A DNA stretch of 64,000 bases. It comes from Eledone cirrhosa. Its lineage: Eukaryota. The stretch covers positions 320,106,001 to 320,170,000 of the forward strand of contig OZ024742.1 in the NCBI GenBank assembly GCA_964016885.1, given 5' to 3'. Numbering within the stretch: position 1 is the first letter of the stretch; each line of letters begins with the position of its first letter. The translations under genes and the position numbers were made by a program. Positions 44,098 through 56,910 of this stretch are shown here, one piece after another. Under the pieces are notes generated by a model that was not told where the DNA came from, searched no databases, and was given only the letters and a program-made list of their open reading frames with translations.

Positions 44098-47000
44098 ATG
44101 ACCTCACTCAGAATAGGCAGCATAAATGCGTGTGGCTTGGGGTCGTCATGGAAGCAGGGCCACCTGCTCAACGACCTCAGGTCACTAAACATAGATGTAG
44201 TGGCCATCAGCGAGATCAGAATCTCCGAAGCACGGGCCTTCGCACCGATCTTCGGCGGCTACGATGTGTACGCATCTCCCAGCCGTCCTGGATCGGGGGA
44301 GGAATTGCTGTGCTTTTTCGGAGAGGTTTGGATCTTGCCATACGGGCCATCTTCCTGGACCCAGAGGGTAAGTTGGTGGTGCTGGACGTGACCAGCGGAG
44401 ACAGGCAAGATTTCAGGCTAGTGGCCGTCTATGCCCCGACAGGAGCAGGGCGGCCTGATTTCTTCCGGCGTCTGGAGAACTTTCTTGGAACGTCCCGCTC
44501 TTTAGTGTTAGTGGGCGACTGGAACGGGATCTTAGATGCACGCTGGGACTGTGTGGGATTAGCGGATAGGGGTGGAAGGTGCAAGAGCCTCACCAACCTG
44601 CTCAGGCGTTTTGAACTGTCTGACAGGTACCGAATGGATTTCCCGAATGTGCCAATGTGGACTTGGACAAATCGCATAGGGTCATCCAGATCATATCTAG
44701 ATAGAGTATTTTGTAGGGAAATAGATAGGTCTAGCATAGGCTGTCCACAATTCAAGATAGTCAGCTACACGGACCACAAATTCGTGATCTGTGTGCTTGA
44801 CTTAGATAGGCTTCATAGACGAGGACCCGGCTACTGGAAGCTAAACGCGTCCTTACCAGCACGCAAGGCCTACAGAGACCGGATTAGCGAACTAGTTAAG
44901 CGGGCGTTGACGGGGGCCATCGTCAACAACAAGTGGTGGTTTGCTCTGAAAAGAGCGATTAGAATAGAATCGATTAGGTTTAGTAAGGCTTTAGCAATAG
45001 AGAAAAATAGAGCAGAGGGAGAACTAGTTAGAAAATTAGACGAGGCGCTTAGCAAAGGCATTGCGACCGACGTGCTTGCGGCGAAATTGGCTCTTGACCA
45101 ATTCTTCAATGCAAAGCACGAAGGCTGCGTTGTCAGAGCTAGGGTGCGTGCTCTCAGACACGAGGGGACGAAAGCCGTTCAATGGGCCCGAGTGGCGGAG
45201 GCGCGTCGTGGCAACAAAGCCACGATCCGGTCTTTGGTGGACCACGACGGGCGCATGCTACTCGATCCCGGGCAAATGTGTGAAGCTTTTCAGCGACACT
45301 TCGCTCAGCTGTTCGGGGGCAGCGGTGGGCCGGGTCGAGGGATGGACTTTAGTGTCTACCTCGACGGACTGCCGCGGCTCTTGGCCACTGAGGCGAAGTG
45401 TTGCGAAAAGCCGATAACAGCCGCTGAAGTAAGGGAGGCAATGACTGGCTGCACAAGGGGTAAATCGCCTGGTTTGGATGGTCTGCCCTATGAACTTCAC
45501 GTACAGATGCCAGACTTGTTCGGAGGCCTCTTGGAGGACGTCTACTGCAACTGGCAACAGAACCGGAGAATTCCCAGTTCTGTGAGCCGAGGAGCGGTGG
45601 CACTGCTGAGAAAGGATCCGAATAAGGGGGATAAAATAGATAATTTCCGGCCCATAACTCTGCTAAACACAGAGTTCAAGATTTTGGCCAAGGTGCTAGC
45701 AAAGAGGTTGGCGCTTGTCGTTGGTGGTCTGGTGGGAGAGGCGCAGACATGCGCCATTCCCGACAGATCCATCCACGACAACCTCCACCTCATGCGATAC
45801 ATCGTAGAGAGGGTAGCTAGGGAACCTGGCACGGGTGGGTCCTTGATCAATTTAGATCAGTCGAAAGCTTTCGATAGGGTCGACCATCGTTACCTAGCGG
45901 CAGTCCTGAGGGCGGCTAGTTTTGGACCCGTCTTCAGAGGCTGGATCGCTGCCATGCACAGCGACATCTGCTCTGTGGTGAGAGTGAACGGTCACCTATC
46001 GGAACCGTTCAACATCATGCGCTCGGTCCGCCAAGGATGTCCCCTCTCGTCCCTCTTGTACGTATTGACTCTCGAGCCATTACTGCACAAACTGGAGACG
46101 TTGAGGGGCGTCCTGCGCGAACTAGGATGCGGAAGATCCGTGTCAGCATATGCGGACGATGTCACCGTAGTGGTGTCGAACGCCAAACACATCGAGGCGA
46201 TCGGCACTACACTAAGAGAATACGAAGCGGTGACAGGAGCAATGATCAACCAGGAAAAGTCATTGGGCCTGCAGCTCGGCACCTGGAGATGCAGGTCCAT
46301 GCCGTCCAACAGCGTCGTCGGACGCTGGACGGACGGACCGGGTAAATTGCTAGGGGTCTGGTTCGGTCCGGACCTCCAGACGGACAAAAACTGGGACGAG
46401 GTGACGAGCAGGGTGGCTTCTCTCACCCAGAAATGGGCGGAGAGGAAGTTATCCCTGAAAGGTCGAGCGGAGGTGGCTAACGCGTACATCGCGCCTGTCA
46501 TCTGCTACCGCCTGACCGTCGTACCTTGTTCTAAGCCTCGCCTGACTGCGCTGGAGCGTTTGCCCTTTCGCTTTTTGTGGAAGGGACGCGCTCCGATGGT
46601 CAGGCGGTCCATCTGTTGTCAACACCCGCTACGTGGAGGGCTGGGCATGCCGTGGCTGATGATGCGCAGGCACGCGCTCAGGCTACGACATCTCCACCTC
46701 TTCCTCGACGGTGATCAGGTGTGGTCACCGTTTGCTAGACACGTATTTCCCCAGCTCGTTTCCTTGACGGAGCTGCAGTCCTGGGTCAAGCGAAGACCGA
46801 GAGGGAGCGCCTGGAGACTGGAATGTCTTCAGGCGCTCACAGCCCTCGACCAATCGGGCAATGTGATCGGTGGAAACTCCACCTCGGCGTTCTATAGAGG
46901 ATTAGTGGAGGGGAAGAGCGACGACGTACTTGGGGAAACTCTAGGCGTCGACGAAAATCAACTAGCCAATCTCTTCGGAAGAACTTTCGGGCCAGGGCCT

Positions 47001-47516
47001 ATGGACAACTTCCAGAAATCTCTGGCCTGGCAGTGCTACCGAGGAGCCTTGCCAGTTCGGGATAAACTTTACAGGCATGGAGGTGCCGTCAGCCGGGCAT
47101 GTCCGAGATGCGCGCAGGGCGATGAAACCGTCCTGCACGCACTCGTCCAGTGTCCGAAAATTGCTGACTTGTGGGTTTATGTCGAACACCTGCTGTCGCG
47201 TGTAGGACGGATCCGGCTCTCTTCTGAGTCCATCGTGAGGATTGCCCCGCCCTCCTCCTTTAGCCGGGAAGGGCAGGCAGTTTTTATCTGTCTGGTGGCC
47301 ATGGCGAAAGAGATAGTATGGTGGACACGTTTGAAAGGGCTGAAGACGAGCACTTACCTCTTCGGTGATGCTCTGATTGACTTTTTCAAATTTCATTTGA
47401 AAAGGGAAATTAGAGTAGAGAGGGAAGTGCTCTCTTCCCAGCATTTTGTTGAAAGATGGGTGAGAGAAGCAAGAATGGCCCGAGTGAATGGGCCTACTCT
47501 GAGTATATATCTGTAA
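44098..47516 (+). CDS. Copy C ORF2 (APE + RT); a single frameshift in a G-run near 44295
   Basis: ATG at 44098 (MTSLRIGSIN). The rest is open for more than 1070 codons, including the TDH, QGCPLS and YADD motifs. Confidence 0.95.
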
Positions 47517-47764
47517 ATTAAAGGTGGAAAACTGGGAGAGGGCACTTGCCTTGGTGGTCAGGGACACTGTGGCCTTTTACTGGGCTTTCTCCACAAATGT
47601 CCCTCCGAAGTCTCCCCCTATTGGGGAATTTTTCATTGTTATTTTTTTGTTACATCCTCTGTTTTTGCTTTTTACACGCAGAAATGCCCATTTGTACCGT
47701 CCTGTATTGTCCTGCACTGTCCTTAATGTCTACTTTATGTAAACCCTTGTGGTTAATAAAGAAA

Positions 47765-47802
<38 letters not shown>

Positions 47803-47820
47803 GTTGTTATTATTATTATT

Positions 47821-48034
47821 AGGACGGTGGATTGACAGTATCGGTAGAGAGTCGGACGCCATGCTTTGCAGCATAGAGTTACGTTCCTTTACGGTCTGAG
47901 TTCAAATCCCGCCGAGGTTAACTTTGCCTTTCATCCTCACGGGGTTGATAAAATAAAGTACCAGTAACACACTGGGGTCGATTTAATCGACTTTTCCCTC
48001 CCCAAAATTACTGGCCTTGTGCCTATACTAGAAA

Positions 48035-48069
<35 letters not shown>
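47821..48069 (+). mobile_element. Full-length SINE of the (ATT)n-tailed family
   Basis: tRNA-like head, GAGTTCAAATCC B-box-like motif, core TTTGCCTTTCATCC..GGGGTTGATAAAATAAAGTACCAGT, tail GGCCTTGTGCC..GAAATC(ATT)n. Other copies near 17745(-), 27425(-), 28730 and 28885(+), 34030(+), 54595(-), 56370-56890(+, three), 61395(+), 63390(+). Confidence 0.85.
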
Positions 48070-48720
48070 GAAGCATCGGCCCCAATGTTTTTCAATGTAT
48101 TTAAACCTTTTTCTACATTCTTGAGGCTTATTTAAGTTTTAAACTTGATAAAAGTTTAGACAAGTCTGCCTGCTTTTTGCAGGTAAAAATCTTTTGTTTT
48201 GAAAGACACAAAATAACTTTTCTTTGAGCCTATAAATCCTACCAATGAAAAGGTAGATACATCTGCCACTAAACACTAGTAAGAAACGAGATACAGTATC
48301 TCATATGTTCGCTCGCATCACATTAAGACGGTAATACCTTGCCAACAGCATATCCGCATACCAGCATAACAATACCTCATAATTGTATGAGCATCTGATG
48401 ATGTTACATGGAGACTGTCAATGATATAACCATTTCATAACCATGTCATTGAAATATGTATTATGCAATAAAACAAATATGAAAAAGTAACTCTGTCTTA
48501 ATATTTCGTAAATGGAAATTCCGTCACACTTAATCACCAACATTTCACTGAGGATACACACTACTTACGTGGAGTGCTTTTGGACTGCATAAATCGGTTT
48601 ATCCTCGCGGCATTACAACATAACCTTCACGGATAAGTACCCTAATTATCTGCATTATCTGCATTATACACACACATATAATTGGTGTGGGATGCTTAAT
48701 GTGTCCGTATGCGGTAGGCC

Positions 48721-48813
<93 letters not shown>

Positions 48814-49290
48814 TAAACGGAATAGAAAATGCTGACAAATTGTTCACAGTTGAAAAATGGTTTAATTAGGAATAAAAGAGTATTAGTGATTGTATGGGTT
48901 AGTATTCAGTTGTGGTTTTAAGTTTTTAAGTTTTTACCGGTTGCGCATTTCTAAATGCTTTTCAAAAATAATTTTGAGATAGAGTGTCCGTGCTGTTTGC
49001 TCTGATCTGATTAGTTTTGGGAATTCTACCTGTTTTTATGTTAAAAAAATGGCTCCAGCGTTATTTTTGTGTTGCAAAAATGCTTGTGGTCAAAACAATT
49101 TTGATTGGTCGGTAGAGGTCATGTGAATGTAAAAAGTTGATTTTGCGCCAAGACTGTTTTTATGTTAAAATGTTAGAAAAGTGGCTCCAGCAAAAATTAT
49201 TGGTCAAAACAATTTTGATTGGTCGGTAGAGGTCATGTGGATAAAAAATTGGTTTTGCGCCAAGATTGAGAAATGACTCTTTCACAACAA

Positions 49291-49354
<64 letters not shown>

Positions 49355-49952
49355 TAGTAGTAGTAAGGTGTTCGATGCTGCGACAATAGCCACCAGCGAT
49401 GTGTGTCAAATGGCTATTAAGATAAGTGTGTGTGTGTGTGTGCGTACATACACACAGCAGAGTCATTCGAAGGTCAAAAGGATATTTTTCAGCTTTTGTC
49501 TTATACGGAGAAGTGCGTGTGTGTGTGTGTGTGTGTATAAGTCTCTTTGTATGTTGATGTACGCGTGTGTATGTGTTTGTGTATATATGTGTGTGTGTGT
49601 GTGTGTGCGTGTGTGGGTGGACCAGTATTTTTTTCCCCCCTGGTAAAATGGTGTACATTATTCGATTTTTTCAGTAAAATCGGTTCTCTTAATAGAACAT
49701 CAACAATCTTAACAATAAAAGGTGTGAAATGATATTCACTATATATATATATACACACACACACACACATATATATTTTCACTACATATATATATATATA
49801 TATACATATATACATACATATATATGCACATATATTTTTTTGTATTGCACCATAGAGCATGTGTGTTTACGTGTGTCATTGTGTTTATATGTGGGTAGAG
49901 ATGTGTGCTGATGTAGGTATGTATGTTGACGTGTGTATGTTGTGGGTTCGTC

Positions 49953-51642
49953 TTAGGGAGAAGTGTTTAGACGGGGTCCGTATTTGTTAATGAAGTAAGA
50001 TTCCTTGCTGATGCGCTGGGTGTGGGTGGCATTATCTTTAAATTTGTAGAGGGGAAAGATTCTGAAGTTGGGATGATTTTGGGCGGCGTAGGTATCAATG
50101 TGTTCACTCAGTGGTATTTTCCTGTATTCCCGTATTTTAATTTGGGATCTATGGACAGTCATGCGTTGGCGGAGGCTGTTTTTGGTCTGGCCTATGTATT
50201 GTTCTCGACAACCTGAACAAGTTAATACATATATTCAATTTTCCGATGCACATGTGAAATTGTGTTTTACTATAAAACGTTGTCCATCTTTGAAATAGAA
50301 TTCCGAACCCTCTATTAGATTGATGCAAATGCCACAGTTGGGTCTATCGCATTTTTTTACTGTGGGTTTCGTTGTTGTGGTTGGCAATACTTTGGCATGT
50401 GTTAAGATGTTTTTCATTGACTTGGATTGTCTTTTGCTCTTTATGATATCGTGTGTTCGTAGAATTTGGTTCATTCTATGGTCCTTTTTCAATACAGGGA
50501 TGTTCTGGAGGATGGTGTCAAAGGCCTCATTGTTGAGGGGGTTGTGTGTGGAGATGTATGGAAGAGCTTTTAGTTTTGGTTGATTTACTTTAGGGTGTCT
50601 AAGGTCCTGGGTACTGAGTTTTAGGGCACGTTGGATTCCATTGTCAATTAGTGATGCAGGGTAGTCCCTGCCTATGAGTGTGTCCTTTAGTTCTTGTAGC
50701 CGTAAGTAGCAGATGTTTTTATTGGAGACTATAGTACAGATTCTCTTGGCTAAGTTGTAGGGAATATTAATTTTAACGTGTCTAGGGTGGCAAGAGTTGA
50801 AGGGGAGGTATTGCTTGGAGTCTGTGGGCTTGTAGTATATGTCTGTTTCTATTTTTTTGTTATGGATCTTAATGAGGATGTCGAGGAAGGGGAGTTGTTG
50901 ATGGCTGTATTCCATCGTGAAGTTAATATTTGTGTTGAGCCCATTTATAAGGGTGTGAAATTCTTTAAGTTTTTCGATGTTTTCGTGCCAAAGGATGAAG
51001 CAGTCATCTAGATATCGCTTCCAGTTCCTTTCAATGTGTAAGTGGAGGGTGTTTCCAAATTTGTTTAGGACTTTAGTGTAGAGGGTGATTTCCAGGTATC
51101 CCATGACTAGGTTGGCATACGTAGGGGCTGTTTTCGTTCCCATAGCGGTCCCAGATTTCTGCCTGTAGGGTTTGTTATTGAAAACGAAGTAATTGTTCTC
51201 CAAGATAAATTTGAGTCCCTCTATCACGAATTCTTTTTTGATGCGTTGTGGGAGTTCATTGTGGAAGTTATCCAGCCAGAATTGGATAGCTTCTATTCCT
51301 AGGTTGTGGGGGATGTTGGAGTATAGGTTGACTACATCGAACGTCACTAGTAGGGTTTGTTCAGAAAGTGGCATATTAGGGAGGTGATTGAGCATATCTA
51401 GGTCGTCCCTTATATAGCTTTTGATGTGCTTGAGGAAGGGTTTGAGAAGGGTATCAATGAAGTTGCTAAGACGGTGCGTTTCGCAAGCGGGGCCTGCTAT
51501 TATAGGTCTTAATTTGAGATCATTGGTCTGGCCTATGTATTGTTCTCGACAACCTGAACAAGTTAATACATATATTAAATTTTCCGATGCACATGTGAAA
51601 TTGTGTTTTACTATAAAACGTTGTCCATCTTTGAAATAGAAT
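49953..51642 (-). mobile_element. Penelope-like element (RT + GIY-YIG endonuclease), 5'-truncated, one premature stop at 50235-50237
   Basis: LRPIIAGP, TFDVVNLYSNIPH, QKSGTAMGT, RYLDDCF, LPFLD, YYKPTD, then IYVLTCSGCREQYIGQT..LRQRMTVH. A 120-bp duplicate of 50182-50301 lies at 51523-51642. Confidence 0.93.
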
Positions 51643-51879
51643 ACATATATATGCGTGTAATAATCGGGTGTACATTTGCACCAGCTAAAAGAAAATCGGT
51701 AACTTAGGAAATCGACAATTAGAGATCGATTGATAAGTACCGGGCTGAAATTTCATTGACTAGTAATCGATATGCTCTAACAATGACCAAAACTTTCAGC
51801 CAATAATTTGTCCAGTAAATATGTTCACAAATGTGAATATATTTACAGGACAACTCTAGTATACACAAACTAACACTAA

Positions 51880-52080
51880 CACCACACCACATCACACCAC
51901 ATTACACCACACCACATCCCACCACACCACGCCACATCACACCACACCACACTACATCACACCACACCACAGTACATCACACCACACTACATCCCACCAC
52001 ACCTCGCTACATCACACCACACAACACATCACATCTCACCTCACCATCACCACCACCACCACCACCACCACCACCACCAA
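51880..52080. repeat. (CACCA)n/(CAC)n simple repeat
   Basis: Seen directly. Confidence 0.9.
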
Positions 52081-52639
52081 TAGTTGCAATAACAACAACA
52101 ACACTATACACCCCATTGACTACACAGCAATATATAAAGAGTTAAATGTGTCTGTATAAAACATTCTCCTGGACTTTAGCTTCACTGGCTGAAATACTAG
52201 TGACATTAGTGGACAGTCTTTATGTGAGTGAACATTACAGATCACAGCGAACATTCCTTATAGTAGTGGATATTGTTGACACCTGAGTGTCCTGATAGCA
52301 GCAGACTGTTGAGGCATTTGTGGCATTAATTATAATTCAGACAACAGCGGTCAGTCCTTATAGCAGTGGACAATATTGACATCAGAAAACTGGCCGGACA
52401 GAAGTGGACTTTCCCTGATATCTTGACACTCTTCTGATAGCCGTGAATAGTCCTTGAAAGCAGTAGACAGTCCTGACATCATAGGTATTGCCATCTAACC
52501 CTGTAAAAGGTAGGTTTCGTTTCATAATCGTTTACTAAGTGTGTGTGAGCGTGCACACGCGCGAGTGTCTAGTTCTTTATAGAACAGTTGACTATCCACC
52601 GACCACATGTTCCATCTGACACTGCAGTCAGTGCTCAGC

Positions 52640-54410
52640 ACCTTTCTAAATGCCAAAGACCTAAACTCGGTCTGCGATTAATGGAGAGCTGCAGCTCGGT
52701 TAAGGAGAGAATCTGCGGGAAAACCCAATCACACGAACGTGCAACGACACCTGTTCACCACCGTCGTTCAGGAATCCCTACAAATGTACATCATCCCGAG
52801 GTCTTTTGTAGTTGGCCTGTGAGAAGATAGTCCTTCTGACCAGCAAAATCTGTTCTTTCCATAAGAACATACACTCCAATCTAGTTAAATACTTCTTGGT
52901 ACAATACACAACGGTCAGAAGTTAGTTCTTTACCGAAACAATATGTACGTCAGCTACTTCCGTCATACATTTTAGAAGCAGCTTTTCAGTCAATTTCTGA
53001 GTGGAACTTGTAACACTGCTTGCGATATATTCCTATCTTTTATCTTCCTAGACTCTAGGTCCTATAGGTTTGATCCGAACCAGACTCCAAATACCTTGAC
53101 TGGACCCTCTGACCAGCAACAGAAGCCAGTGTCCTGCATAGAGTTACTTCTTTAGGTGCTGATCTGCAAGGTCACCAATTTACCGTGGTTAATTCATGCT
53201 TACTGATAATCCTCAAGAATGGTGCCGATCAACATAATTTCCAATGTTTCATGCATTGCCTACAGGTATAAACAAAGCTCCTCTGTGTCTCAGTTCAAAT
53301 GTGATGCTCCTTAACTTCTCCGAAGTAAAGTTTCCAGAAACATGACATACAGATGAGACAAGAAAGATAATCCAATGCGATAAATGGCCGTTTCTTTTGA
53401 CTAATGAACATACGCCACTGTATATTGTAGTTGTGTAGCCCTGAAAGATGATGCCGAAATCGGCTGCTCTTAGGGCAGTCCCTAGGTGGTGACGGTAGAT
53501 CATTTCGTATGCTTTAGATCGATCTGAATTGATCAAAACCCCACCGAAACCAGATTTAATGCCAACTCGCTCTACGATGTATGACATGAGGTGAAAGTAG
53601 TGGATATATTTGCAATTGATGGCACGTGTATGAGCGGCACCATGCTCCTTGTTCAAGTCATTCCAAAGTAGCGTCACCAGTCTCTGACTCACACAACCTG
53701 GCATGTTCCTAGTCTGCTGCCAGTTGCAGTAGACAGCTGCCAAACAGTAAAGTTCGTAGAGTAGACCATCTAGTTTTGGTCATTTGCTCGCCGCATAGCA
53801 GCTTAACACATTCGCTACTTCATCTGCAAAAATCGGTCTACAATCACCGTAGTCTGTTTATGTAGGCACCGAGGCCCACCGCCCACAGTCTATCGTTTTT
53901 TGCGAACAGTTCGGCAAATTGCCACTGAAAGGCCGCACTCGTCTGTTTGGAATCGGCTAGCACGCAGCGCTACGCAAGGCCAAGGATAACACTATAGCTT
54001 TATTTCCACGCCATGCCTCTTCCATTCACACCCATTCACACCCATTCGCACGGCGTTCGGTCCCTCGTTTTTTCAAAGCACGCCTCCCAGCACGAACAAT
54101 TCTTACTTACACGTTTATCCGATCCCTGAACCTGAAATCTTTCCTTACCGGGAAAATTGCATTTAGTTTCTTGTACCTAAGTCCCTATTTTTTAAGTCCT
54201 ATTTAATTTGATAGAGCACATCATGAATTTGTGGTCTGCGTAACCAACCTGAAACTGGTGACAAGTTACATTACCCCTATCAGTTAACTTATAAACTCAA
54301 TGTGGATGACACGTTACGAATTTTTAAAGTCCACATTAGTGTATTTGGAAAATCAAGGTGATATCTAGCCAGTTGGAAACGCCTGAGCAGGTTGATGAGG
54401 CTTTTACACG
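52640..54410 (-). mobile_element. Degenerate Tx1 ORF2 fragment of the same lineage
   Basis: Minus strand has LINLLRRFQL..YHLDFPNTLMWT, VYCNWQQ, HLMSYIVERVGIKSGFGGVLINSDRSKA, with many stops and indels. Confidence 0.8.
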
Positions 54411-55128
54411 TCTAAGATACTGTAGAAAATAATAATGACAATTTTGGGAAACTGTTTACCTTAAAATTTTATTTGCTTTTGTAAACGAAATTTTGTGGAA
54501 AAAAATTACCGTTGGATGGCCAACAAGGATTTCACGTGTGATGCAACTTTTAACAGCAGCAACAGTAACAATAACAAGAACAACAACAACAATAATGGTT
54601 TCTGATTTAGGCACAAGGCCAACAATTTTGGGGAAGGGGAAAGTCGATTAAATCGACCTCAGTGTGTTACTGGTACTTTATTTTATCGACCCCGATGAAA
54701 GGCAAAGCTAACCTCGACATGATTTGAGCTCAGATCGTAAAGGGCCGTAACTCTACGCCACAAAGCATGTTGTCTGACGCACTACCGATACTGCCAATAA
54801 TAATAATACTAATGATGATGATAATGATGATGATACTTTTCTGATTTGTTTAATTTTCTTTTTCTTTTTCAAAACCTCTCTGTCCTTTCTCCCTTTTTTT
54901 CTCTCTCATGATCATCTTTTTCTATTTTCTCCCCTCTTCCCCACCCTCTCTCTCGCAATATCTACCATTATCTTTTTTCTCGTCATCTTCCTTTATTGTT
55001 CTCTGCAACCTTTTCCTTGTCTCTTCCACTCACTACTACCGTTACATTTTTCTCCTTTTTCTCTTCCTTTTCCTTTTTTTCCATTCCCATCCCTCTCATC
55101 CTCTCTCCCTGCTTATCCTAGGACCAGA

Positions 55129-55456
55129 ATGTTCTATTTTTCACTGATAAGTCCAGGTGTGGCCAGAAGGCTAATAATATCTCTTGCAACAATTCTGACC
55201 GTTACCTCGAACCAGAAAGTAAACAAGGCTTACTACCAGTCTTTGGTTCCGGGCTATTCTTATGCTTACTTCAAGATGTCTTCAACAGACAAGTCCACTC
55301 CATGAAATTTACTAGAATGGGCTCAGATCTCTTTAAGCAGTGATTCACAATTTTTCAGTTATAACAAAGACACCAATCTTTGTAAAACTTACTCACCGAA
55401 TACTGTATTGACAGCTAAAAGTGTGCATCCCAGCAATGAGATGGCTTTCTTTAGAG
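55129..55456 (+). pseudogene. Exon 1 of a multi-exon gene: hydrophobic N-terminus plus PAN/Apple-like segment; in-frame TGA at 55303-55305
   Basis: Long polypyrimidine tract with AG at 55120-55121, ATG at 55129. Frame reads MFYFSLISPGVARRLIISLATILTVTS...STP*NLLEWAQISLSSDSQFFSYNKDTNLCKTYSPNT...MAFFR and ends at a G|GTAAGT donor (phase 1). Confidence 0.75.
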
Positions 55457-55501
55457 GTAAGTAAAAATTATTATTATTATTAATATTAATATTATTATTA
55501 T

Positions 55502-56360
55502 TGGTTTCTTACGTAGTCGTCACGCATCCTTTTGCTCCGTAGTTTTAATGACTTTTTGTTTGTTTGCATAACGTTCCTTGTTAAAAGTTTTGTTGTAAAC
55601 TAGTATAGACAAAACCGTATGTTCGACAACAAGATGTTATTTGAACAGCTGGAAAGAATGGAAAGAAAGAGGCAACGATGCTATCCCTGGCGCTGAACAA
55701 GTCAGCACATTTTAGAGAGGGATATGGGAGAAGGATATTGAGCATAATACAAAGTGGACTGAGAATGTTAAAAAGGAGGTTAATGAACAAACACACCAAC
55801 AACTTGATTTCAGTATCTCGGTCGAAGCCCTTAAATAGCAGGCCAATAAATTAACCAACTGGAAATCACCAGGTCTGGATAGTGTGCAAGGATACAGATA
55901 GCCATGTTCAATGACTGCTTGCTATCGGGTGAAGTACCGCAGTATTGACATTCTTATAATGAAAGACCAAGCCAAGGAAATGACGTCACCAACTATAGGC
56001 CTATTGCATGTCTATCCTTGATGTAAAAATTGTTAACAAGTATTATGTCTGAGGAAATCTACTGCTACATCGATATAAACAACTTATAGCCGGAAGAACA
56101 GAAAGAATGCCGAAAGAAGTCCAGTGATACAAAAGACCAGTTACTTATTGACAAGATGATAATAAGGAACTGCAGAGGAGGCATACTGGTCTTGTCATGG
56201 GATGGATAGATTGCAAGAAGGCATTCGACATATTTCCTCATTCTTGGATAACCAAGTGCCTAGAAATCTTCAAGGTGGCGGACAATGTGTCCTGTGTCGT
56301 CTTGTGCTGTTCTTAATGTATTTTTTTGTAAACCTTTTTGTGGTTAATAAATAAAACATC
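55502..56360 (+). mobile_element. Composite element in intron 1: Tx1-like head + R4/Dong-type RT fragment + Tx1 3' tail, flanked by (ATT)n
   Basis: 55858-56285 reads NWKSPGLD, NYRPIACL, PEEQKECRK..TKDQLLIDK, WIDCKKAFD..PHSWI. 56286-56360 aligns by eye to the Tx1 3'UTR end. Confidence 0.7.
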
Positions 56361-56369
56361 ATTATTATT

Positions 56370-56890
56370 ATCCGGATCGTTAGAGCGTCGGTCAAAATAC
56401 TTTGTCGAATTTGTTACAGCCTTTTTACATTCTGAGTAAAACCTCAGGAACACACTGGTTTCCCCTTCTCTTCAAATTGCTGGCCTTGTACCTAAATCAG
56501 AAGCTACTTATTTTCGGGTAAATTGCATTGCGGCATATAGTTACAGTCCTTTTTGTTCTAAGTTCAAATTCCACCGAGGTTAGCTTTTCCTTTCATCCTT
56601 ACGGGGTTGATAAAATAAAGCACCAATAATGCACTGGGGTAGATTTAATCGACATCCCCCTCCCCTAAAATTGTTGGCCTTGTGCCTAAATCAGAAACCA
56701 TTATAGACTGAATCGTTACAACGTCGGTCAAAATATTTTGTCGAATTTGTTACAGCCTTTTCACATTTTGAGTTCAAATCACGCCGAGGTTAGCTTTGCC
56801 TTTCATCCCCCCGGGGTCAATAAAATATAGTAGTCAAGTACTGGGGTCGATACAATCGACTTTCTCCTTTCCCGAAAATTGCCGGCATTA
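56370..56890 (+). mobile_element. Tandem cluster of three (ATT)-family SINE copies
   Basis: Repeated atcgtta.agcgtcggtcaaaata heads, cctttcatcc cores and ggccttgt.cctaaatcagaa tails. Confidence 0.75.
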
Positions 56891-56910
56891 TTGTTATTAT
56901 TCTCTTACAG

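Larger units (their letters stand above)
41914..47766 (+). mobile_element. Full-length Tx1/L1-clade retrotransposon, copy C, flanked by (ATT)n
   Basis: Same 5' end as copy A (GGCGACCTACGTAGTAAATCG), same ORF layout, 3' end cccttgtggttaataaagaaatc(ATT)n. Confidence 0.95.

Noticed and set aside
35199-47567. Many antisense and alternative-frame ORFs inside the Tx1 copies
   Set aside because: Shadow ORFs expected in GC-richer coding sequence; they recur only because the copies are nearly identical.
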